From: Macrostomum hystrix
Taxonomy: Eukaryota; Animalia; Platyhelminthes
DNA length: 64,000 bases
Assembly (NCBI GenBank): GCA_950097015.1
Contig: CATNEN010000038.1
Coordinates: forward strand, 18,910,001 to 18,974,000
Direction of reading: 5' to 3'
Every line of letters begins with the position of its first letter. Within the stretch, counting starts at the first letter, position 1. Below, in pieces: positions 54,578 to 64,000 of the stretch. Below the pieces are notes generated by a model. The model saw only the letters and a list, made by a program, of their open reading frames with translations, was not told where the DNA came from and did not search any database. The translations under genes were made by a program, and so were the position numbers.

Positions 54578-57500
54578 TTGATAAGTACATACCTTATAAG
54601 TATAACTTCGTATTCTCTTTAAAATTTTTCTATCTCTTAATTATTTATCTCACATCATGATTGATCATTTTTGAAGACTAGATCAAAGCCACTAAATATA
54701 TATGAATATTATGGTCTTCTTTTAAACTGGCTAATATCTTAACAAATTGATTTTCGCACATTTTTATTGAATATAAGATAAAGAGGCTTAAATTTGCTAC
54801 CTGAACTAAAATTTCAATTAAAAAACTATAGATAATAAAGTTTATATGAACCTAATTTGGGCCTATTATAATAGTAGAATGCTATTATATAAGAACTGAG
54901 AAAGAATGATTGCTTTTAGTCCAAATTTTGTAAGTGGATCTAATACAATGGGCTCTAGCATAGCAATTGTCATTTAGCTAGTGTAACTTCAGCTTTGGCT
55001 ATATTGCAGTTTGTTTCATGTAATTTTTTATCTGTCTGTGGCCAAAACCATGAGGCAACTATAGCCATGCCACATCATTTTTCTATGACCAGAACCAAAT
55101 CCATAATCTACTTATTTTTACATTGGAAAACATCAATAATTAAATGTGAACAAACAAAAAGAGTAACATCAGGCATTCTAACCAGTTATTGCCTAAGTTA
55201 CTGAACTTTGAACATTTGCAAAGGAAAGGATAGTAATGAGCTATCTAGAACAGAATGGTGCTGAACAAGTGGCGATGGTTCACCACTGCATAATTTCGCC
55301 AGTCTTACATATGAAAGCCAGCCATCTGTCAAGATGACTGGCATGACTAGTTTGATTAAATTCACACTCAACATGACACCCCCCTAGGCATGGATTCAAA
55401 CAAAAATACATTGAAACAGTGAAACAAACTGCAATATTGCCAAAGCTGGATTTGCCTATAATTTTATTTACCTCCTGCATTAAAGTGATTAAGCTCAATT
55501 CTTTGGAAATGTCCCATATGCAAAATAGATGCATAAGCACAAAAATAAAGTCATTTTATTTGGGGCATAGCTGCAGACAGGAGACCTGGGGGATTATCAC
55601 GCCAACGTGCCTTCGGACACACTCCAAGTCCAATTACAATGCCTTGCAATTAGAAAGGCAGGGAAGGGCAGGGAAGAGGGGAGATGTACAGTGCAGGTAG
55701 CTATGCTTCGGTGACCAGGTGACAAACCCAGCTATGGCGTAGGCAACAAGTACTTCGGCGGTTATATCAGCTAAGTCTATGTAAGACATTATTAAGCAAT
55801 TGAATAAGTATCACAAATATACTATTAGATTGAGAAAGCAGCAGCAGCTGTAATTGTTAGCAGAGTACAATAGATGCCTGCCCGGCAAGACAACATAGTA
55901 ATATGTTAAAGACAGTCATAGGCATAGACGAAATACAAAAAATCTAAAGGAAAAAGAATTTCACTATGAATAAAATTTTATTCGTTTTTTATTTTAAAAT
56001 GATAGCCCAACCAATTTTAACTAGATTTCGCATAATAACGTTGGTCATGCCATTGCTGTTAAAAAAATCAGCAAGCGCAAAGCAGTCAGCTGAGTTCTGC
56101 TTCTCAGAAAAATGTGTTTTAAACCCGCGCCTGTTTCTACTTTCTAAACGTAATTTACGAAAAAGAGTTACGTAAAATAAAATAAAATATTATATTAAAA
56201 AATAAAGTATAGAGGTTCATAAGCATAACTTGAGATCTCAGCCTCTGGCACAGAATATTGTATCGAGAAAAAAAATTATGCAACTAATAACGGCTCACCA
56301 GGAAGAAATTAAAAAGCATTTATTGTCAATTTAGACAGACAAGTTATACCCAGTTTGCAAACTTTCTCTAGAAAACGAACGTTAACAATAATATTGAGAG
56401 CATATATGTTACTTAGAATTTGGCACTACTTCATAGAGATAAAAGGTAGACGAAAACTCGGAGTGGCGAAGAAACCTCGATCTCCCTGAATCCGCTTATT
56501 GAAACGTTGGATAATCTGATTAGCAAATAAAGTACAGTTACATGTCTGTACACCCAGACGTTTGTCTTTCTTCATTTTCTACAAGCAGGTAATGTGGCTT
56601 GGGCGAAGTCAGTTTACCTCGTCAGTTACGAGTTAAAGACAATCTATTAAGTGATGCGCTACACTGGCTATGAAAAATTAAAATAATATGATTAACACAG
56701 CACAGTGATTTTTATCTCGTATTTGGCAGAGAGCTGCAAAGTGCGCGATGGCGTACGAAATTGTAGTATATTAGCGGCGGTTTAAGGCTTGTGTGGTGTA
56801 TTTTGATAGAAGGATTTTATTTATTTACAAGAACAGTCGCATGAAATTATAAAATGGCTAGCCATGTACACAGGCAGATTACAAAGCAATGTCAAAAGTA
56901 TGTTGTCATTAGTCGTCGATTACTAAAAAAGACAGAATTAGCACTCCCTGAAAGCTAGCTCCAGATCTTCACAAATCTATAAACTTTGCTATGTAATGCT
57001 ACTGAAAGTAGTGTATATGTTTCAAAGAATCACTTTGAAACCAACATTTTCTTATAAGTCTTGGTCCCTATCGGTCAAGACGTAATCAAAGTGGATAATG
57101 ACTAAAAGACTCACAGTGAATTTTAGGTAAAAAATTGCTGTCAGTCATATATAATTGAAAAGAGGACCATAGTTGTACAAAAATGTAGGTATAAATAAAA
57201 AAGAAGAGCTACCTGGTAGAGATATAGAAAATCTCAAATCAAAGCACTTTGTTTGAATAAAAAACCATAGGCAGGTTGGTGAAGGGGCCGCTGTTGCACA
57301 ATGCGCTAGTCGCATCAGCATTAGAAAATTCTCTATACAGACTACTAAGGCATAGGTGGCTATGAAAATATCATATTTATCAGAAAAAGGCATGGCAAAA
57401 CAACGGGTGGTTGGCCTCAAATTTCCTATGAATAAATTTTTAACAAACACACAAGCACACACTCTACTTACACAAGAAGGTAGACAGAAAAATGCGGAAC

Positions 57501-57620
57501 ATATGCAAACAGAATATTTATATTGATACTTGTCCGATAATTAACAATCAATATTTCCATACTAATTAGAACAAAGCCATTCCACGCATGCGTGTACAAA
57601 GGGGGGAAGGCAAATGTGTA

Positions 57621-60600
57621 TCATGTGACAGTTTCTTGCACTGTGATAATCGATGGCCCGCCGCCTAGCAGAAGCAGAGATCTGGACGATCGAGGCCTCG
57701 CTAAACTGCTGCTAGATGGCTCGCAGCCGCTGTCAAAGTCTGTCGAACTGGGACTTTTCTGACCAGTAAAGGTGCTACACAATGGCGCCTGCTGTTGCTG
57801 CTGCTGCATAAGCAACGATGAAGGCACTGGTTGCTGCTGCTGGGGATACTGGAAAGAGAACTGGTGCAGCAAGGCTCTTTGAGCATTTCTGCCGCTGCGC
57901 CAGCTAGTTGAAGGCGGCTGAGACGGCTGCTGCTGCTGCTGCTGCTGCTGATGCCGCTGGTGATTGTGCAGGCAGTAGCCGTCGTAGGCGTGACAGCGCA
58001 GGTGCTCAACTGAATCTCCGCTGCTAGCGCTGCCAGTGTTATAATCGCTGGTCTCAGCTGGCTTCGGCTGCTGCTGCTGTTCTTTTAGAATGGAGCGAGT
58101 CTGCAGTTGAACTGGCTGACACACGGAGCGCTGATGCTGCAGCAGTGGAAATCTACAATGGCCTGGCAGTAAGCTGCCGCCACCGTTAAATATTAAATCG
58201 GGCTCGCTTTTGTGTGCACCATTCCCATTGCCATAGCGACTAAGGCGACGCTGCTGGTCTGTTTGTAGCTGCAGTAGCTGAAGTTGATGCTGCTGCTGCT
58301 GCTGCTGCTGAGGCAAATGAAATGGTGGAATCGGTGGCGGGGCACCGTTGGCCGCAGCCGCAGCCGCCGCAACAGCTGCCAACGCGCCAGACGGTTGCAG
58401 CTGGTTGGGATAAAGATCACCAGACTTTGAATGCGACAAAGCCATCATTGAGGATATCATTAGCGGTATGCGCTGCTGCTGCTGCTGCTGCTGCTGCTGC
58501 AACAGTTGGGCCTGTTGATGTGGCGCAGGCTGGTGCAGCAAGGAGGGCTGGCGGGACAGGCCGGAGGATAGCGCAGGCTCGGACCGGTGCATTTGGTCAC
58601 GATGGGCTCGCTCCTGATCAGCCAGGCGCTGGCTGAGCGATCGTTTCATTCGGCGCGACTTTCTGCGCAGGAAAACAAACACGACGCACCAGAGCAGCGT
58701 GGTGAGCAGAACGCAGGAGGTGGCCGACACCACAACGGCGAATATTAGCAGCGAGAAATTCGCCGGCGTTGTCGGCGGCGACGGCGACGCGGCTGGTCGG
58801 TTAGTCGAGTCCGACGGCGTGGTGGGCACAGTCGGCTTGGCGGTGGTGGCGAGTTCGTCAATCAGCCGATCATAATTGCCGACAAGCAGCTCGACTCGCC
58901 GACTGACCAGGCCAACAGAGTTAGCGGCCTCGCACTGGTAGACACCGGCGTCAGCTGCCACAGCCGAGGACAGGCTGTAGCGAGATTCGCTTCGATTAGC
59001 CAGCCGGCGATCGTTCAAATACCAGGCGTACACCGGCGCCGGGTTGGCTTCGGCCTCGCAGTCCAGCACAATGTCGCCGCCTGGTTGGACGCCGACACGG
59101 GCGGACCAAGCGGCTGCCGACACGAATCTTGGCCGGGTCAGCACCTCCAGATCGAAGGACGTCTCCAGCCGGCCGGCGGCGTTCTCGCTGATGCACAGGT
59201 AGCGCCCGGTGTCGGCGCCGGTTAAACGGCGAATGCCGAACCTCGCCGCCTCGCCATCTGGCAGTGTTAGGCGACGTTCAACCGCGGCCGGGAAGTTTCC
59301 CAATCGGCGCAGACTCTGCTCGGGCCTAGGGAAGCCGACGCTGGCGCAGGGTATCTCCAGACTGTCGCCTTCGCGCGCCTGATAGACCAGCCTGGGCCGT
59401 TGGACCAGGCGCGGCGGCGCCAGCACCCGAATGGTGGCCGGCAGTGACCGGATGGCCGGCGCGTGCTGCGCGCCGCCGCCAGCTGTTGCGGAGCCGCCGA
59501 CGGTGACGGAGCAGCGGTACAGACCGGAGTCGCTGGCGTTTAGATGCGTCAGGCGAAGCTGGGCGCGCCACTCTTTGTCAGAGCGGATGAGGCTCACCTG
59601 CGGATTGAAGGGTTTCAGTTTGAAAATGTGCAAAAAATTGCATATGTATAAATGTACAAAATAAACCTGAGAATTCCACACCTGAGATATTTACGAGCGT
59701 AATTCCCAAATAAGTTTTTCCTATCGAGAAAAAATAATTATTATTCTGATCCCAAACAAGGTTTCTTCTGTTCCCAATCTAGAGTTATCCTGATCCTATT
59801 CTAGAGTTATCCTGATCCCGAAATAGAGTTATCCTGATCCTATTCTAGAGTTATCCTGATCCCGAAATAGAGTTATCCTGATCCCAATATAGAGTTATCC
59901 TGATCCCAATCTAGAGCTATCCTGATCCCAATCTAGATTTATCCTGATCCCGAAATAGAGTTATCCTGATCCCAATATAGAGTTATCCTGATCCCAATCT
60001 AGAGCTATCCTGATCCCAATCTAGATTTATCCTGATCCCGAAATAGAGTTACCCTGATCCCAATATAGAGTTATCCTGATCCCAATCTAGAGTTATCCTG
60101 ATCCCAATCTAGAGTTGTACTGATCCCAATCTAGAGTTATCCTGATCCCAAACAAGGCAGTGGGTATTTGAATTATCCCCGTGTTCTTTTCCCAGGGTGA
60201 AAAATAGCGTGATCTTTCTACTGTAAACAAAATTAAGGCTTATCGGATAAGAAACTGCTGTGCACACCTGGTCCGACCCCAAAATCAAGTCTGTGTACAC
60301 AGGGCGGCCGATCAGGGAGGCCCCGGTGTCGCCACCACCGGGACTGCCGCTTTCGTCGCCAGCCGAGTCTCGCCTGCCAGACGGCACCATGCCGACGCCG
60401 ACTGAGGGCGGTGAGCCGGGCGACGCCGACGAAGACTTGGCAACAGCGTCGGGCGTCAACGGAGCTCGTTGCCAAACAATGCGCGGCGCCAGATTTGACA
60501 GGATGGTACAGTCCAGGCTGAGATTGTGGCCAACTAGCTTGGCCTCGCTTGGCGGATGCGCAATCACTTTGGGCACCAGGCCGATCTCGCAGTTGGCCGC

Positions 60601-61122
60601 TTGCGAGTCGCGCAGAGTCAGGACGTTGACGCCGCGCAGAGCCGGCGGGCTGGCGCAGCGGACGCTGACGTCGGGCTCGGTGAAGCTCTTGGAGCGCAGC
60701 CAGGAGACGAAGGCGCGAAGACTGCACAGGCCGCAATGGTAGTGGCTGGTTTGCAGGTGCCTTTGTTAATTGAGGCGATGGTGGAAGGTGTGAATGTAGG
60801 TGAATGTCAGGGGGTCGGTGGCAGAGCGGACAACGCCTTTGCCTCTTGCACCAAGGTCCATGAGCTCGATTCCGCTGCGAGGCCACATTAATTTGTCGAG
60901 ATATTTACGCCTTTGAAGGCCAACCTCTAATGTACAGTACAAGTGTACACTGCCTGACAATGAGAAAGTTAGGGCAGATGTACACACCTGTGTGAGCGTG
61001 TGTCTGAGTGCAGTATCTGTGAGCGTATGTGCTCAGGAGTCAGCGGAATGGGCGGAATTGCCTCCTCGCTGCCTGCGGGTCTAGAGTCATTAGATAATGT
61101 GCCATTGCCCGCAGCCCCTGCA

Positions 61123-61154
<32 letters not shown>

Positions 61155-63177
61155 GTAGGTGAACAATTTTCGTAGTAAAAATTGCCAGATACTACTGCTA
61201 GTAGATTAACGAAAGTACGTACAGGGGTCAATGCGTCATCAGCATCAAAGATGATTGCATATGATTCCTTAGGACAAAGCCTTACACAATGAACCAATAT
61301 GTGACACAGCGATTAATGACAGAGGTTGTAAATAAAGGTTATTAACTGTCTGCCCAGGGCAAACTCACAGCTTTCTTAGAAAGATCATGCCCTTCAGATC
61401 GTTGGACTCGGACTCTTCCACCCCGGTGATGTTGTTGCCGCGCAGGTCCAGTTCTTCTAGGCGAACTAGGCCGCTAAAATAGCCGCCACGAATCATGGCT
61501 AGCCGATTGGAGGCCAAGGACAGATGGCGCAGCTGGTTCAGGGCTTCGAATACCTTGTCGTCGATGACGTGAATGCTGTTGTTGGACAGGTCGCTGAAAT
61601 TTTAATAACAATTATTTGCAAACTTGAAAAGGAACCGCTTAACTTAATCAGATTTCTAATCTAGTCCTAAAAATAAATTATCATTTGGTATTTTCAGCTT
61701 TCAAATAATGGAATCCACTACAAGCTTGGGTATTTCAGCCTTCAAATAATGGAATCCACTACAAGCTTGGATATTTCAGCCATTAAATAATGGAATCCAC
61801 TACAAGCTTGGATATTTCAGCCATTAAATAATGGAATCCAATACAAGCTTGGATATTTCAGCCTTCAAATAATGGAATCCACTAAAAGCTTGGATATTTC
61901 AGCCATTAAATAATGGAATCCAATACAAGCTTGGATATTTCAGCCTTCAAATAATGGAATCCACTAAAAGCTTGGATATTTCAGCCATTAAATAATGGAA
62001 TACAATACAAGCTTGGATATTTCAGCCTTCAAATAATGGAATCCACTACAAGCTTGGATATTTCAGCCTTCAAATAATGGAATCCACTACAAGCTTGGAT
62101 ATTTCAGCCATTAAATAATGGAATCCAACACAAGCTTGGATATTTCAGCCTTCAAATAATGGAATCCAACACAACCTTGGATATTTCAGCCTTCAAATAA
62201 CGGAATCCAACACAAGCTTGGATATTTCAGCCTTCAAATAACGGAATCCAACACAAGCTTGGATATTTTAGCCATTAAATAATGGAATCCAACACAAGCT
62301 TGGATATTTCAGCCTTCAAATAATGGAATCCAATACAAGCTTAGATATTTCAGCCTTCAAATAACGGAATCCAACACAAGCTTGGATATTTCAGCCTTCA
62401 AATAACGGAATCCAACACAAGCTTGGATATTTCAGCCTTCAAATAACGGAATCCAACACAAGCTTGGATATTTCAGCCTTCAAATAACGGAATCCAACAC
62501 AAGAATCCAAACAAATTTAAGCTTTTAGAGACAAAAAACTGAAAAAAATAATGAACACTTACAGCTCTTTTAACCGATGCAGGCCGCCAAAAGCGTTGCT
62601 AGGCAACTGGGCCAGATTGGGATTACTGCTGAGTCGCAGCACCTCCAGTCGCGCCAGAGGATCAAAGATGCCGCCAATGAAGCTCAGTTGATTAAAATCC
62701 AGGTGCAATTGTTGAAGATTTTTCAATTTCTCAAATGCGTCAGTTTGCACAGTGCGAATATCATTTCTAGACAGGTGCAAGCTGATGAGATCGTCCAGTC
62801 CGTAAGTCACCTCGCGGTTGACCGATGCCACCCGATTGCAGCTGAGGTCGAGCGAGTTCAGCCCGCCGCCTTCGATATAGAACGAGCCGGCGCCGAAGAA
62901 TTGCAAACGATTCTTGCGCAATTTCAAATCTTTCAACTGGCGCCACTCGCGAAACATCAGCGGCGGTATGAACTCCAGACCGTTGCGACTGATGTCCAGC
63001 GATTCAACAGACGGAAAGTGGGGAAAAATATCCGGCCGACTTTTCTGACTCTGCGACACCGACTGGTTCAGGCTGACGTGTAGCCGATTTCTAGCCAGGC
63101 GAAACTGCCGCAGCTGGCGCAGCCGCGTGGTGCCAATCAGCGGATCGATGCGGCTGATCCGATTGTTGCTAACCGAC
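57621..63177 (-). CDS. LRIG-like receptor (LRRs, LRRCT, three Ig domains, TM, Q-rich tail); 5' exons lie beyond the window
   Basis: Exons 63177-62563, 61593-61369, 60760-60268, 59597-57621 join in phase. LxxLxLxxN repeats, LRRCT (HCGLCSLRAFVSWL), three Ig domains (DSGLYRC, DTGRYLC, DAGVYQC), a hydrophobic TM followed by RRKSRR. Confidence 0.88.
59745..60150. repeat. 22-bp intronic minisatellite (TAGAGTTATCCTGATCCCAATC)
   Basis: About 17 copies in LRIG-like intron 59598-60267. Confidence 0.93.
60810..61153 (+). mobile_element. SINE family B, near full length, (ATT)n tail
   Basis: tRNA-like head GGTGGCAGAGCGG...GCTCGATTCC. The body is colinear with the reverse complement of 47866-48200 and ends GCCCGCAGCCCCTGCA(ATT)n. 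Confidence 0.85.
61690..62502. repeat. 41-bp intronic minisatellite (TTCAGCCTTCAAATAATGGAATCCACTACAAGCTTGGATAT), ~20 copies
   Basis: Direct periodicity in LRIG-like intron 61594-62562. Confidence 0.95.
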
Positions 63178-63287
63178 CTGGCAACCAAATATCAATTGGT
63201 GTTGAAATCAAGAATACACAATTATCATGGTCTTCCTTTAATACTCGTAATACAATTTAATGATGTCTAAAATACTTCATCTACCAT

Positions 63288-63952
63288 ATATCAATCTACC
63301 AAGCTGTCAATTCACTAAGCTGTCAATCTTCAAAGCTGTCAATCTGTCAATCCATCAAGCTGTCAATCTGTCAATCTACCAAGCTGTCAATCTACCAAGC
63401 TGTCAATTTGTCAATCTACCAAGCTGTCAATCCACCAAGCTGTCAATTCACCAAGCTGTCAATCTTCAAAGCTGTCAATCTATCAATCCACCAAGCTGTC
63501 AATTCACCAAGCTGTCAATCTTCAAAGCTGTCAATCTATCAATCTACCAAGCTGTCAATCTGTCAATTTACCTAGCTGTCAATCCAGCAAGCTGTCAATT
63601 CACCAAGCTGTCAATCTTCAAAGCTGTCAATCTGTCAATCCATCAAGCTGTCAATCTACCAAGCTGTCAATCTACCAAGCTGTCAATTTGTCAATCTACC
63701 AAGCTGTCAATCCACCAAGCTGTCAATTCACCAAGCTGTCAATCTTCAAAGCTGTCAATCTATCAATCTACCAAGCTGTCAATCTGTCAATTTACCTAGC
63801 TGTCAATCCACCAAGCTGTCAATCTTCGAAGCTGTCAATCTACCAAGCTGTCAATCCACCAAGTTATCAATCTTCGAAGCTGTCAATCTACCAAGCTGTC
63901 TATCTACTAAGCTGGCAATCTATTAATCTACCAAGCTGTCAACCTACCAAGC
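63288..63952. repeat. Compound 16/8-bp intronic minisatellite (AAGCTGTCAATCTACC with TGTCAATC subunits)
   Basis: Direct periodicity with variable subunit order, upstream of LRIG-like exon 63177. Confidence 0.92.
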
Positions 63953-64000
63953 TTACACTATGCAAAAAGCCATATAAAAATAATTTATTTTATTTTTTAA

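Noticed and set aside
54590-56640. Candidate first exon(s) of AHCYL (donor-like sites near 54591 and 56616)
   Set aside because: No in-frame ATG-led exon could be established.

Overview
This is gene-dense animal genomic DNA, not prokaryotic. It has GT-AG introns, GC-rich exons with polyQ tracts, AT-rich spacers and minisatellite-filled introns. The style suggests a free-living flatworm such as Macrostomum, but that is inference. I reconstructed nine genes by hand with consistent splice phases: LETM1 (-), an orphan Q-rich protein with a C-terminal CxxC-CxxC motif (+), an NHL-repeat/polyQ protein (-), an intronless BAIAP3/Munc13-4-like gene (+), PinX1 (+), cytosolic seryl-tRNA synthetase (-), an orphan ending in a degenerate STAR/KH-like domain (+), a divergent IRBIT/AHCYL (-, 5' end not found) and an LRIG-like LRR-3xIg-TM receptor (-, runs off the window). 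Mobile DNA comprises a full-length mariner with a nonsense codon, a hAT-type non-autonomous element with an 8-bp TSD, two small MITEs, two tRNA-derived SINE families (three copies each) and a decayed Crypton-like (DUF3504) tyrosine-recombinase element. The most unusual observations are: (1) the Crypton-like element has a duplicated N-terminal domain and an 18-13-18 palindrome, and sits antisense in an AHCYL intron; (2) most large introns hold their own private minisatellite, and about seven unrelated arrays share a TGGGA core; (3) the STAR-like orphan lacks its GxxG loop; (4) a 3.3-kb 32-mer array has four binary sites and a 26-unit higher-order duplication. All homology calls come from remembered motifs; no searches were run.
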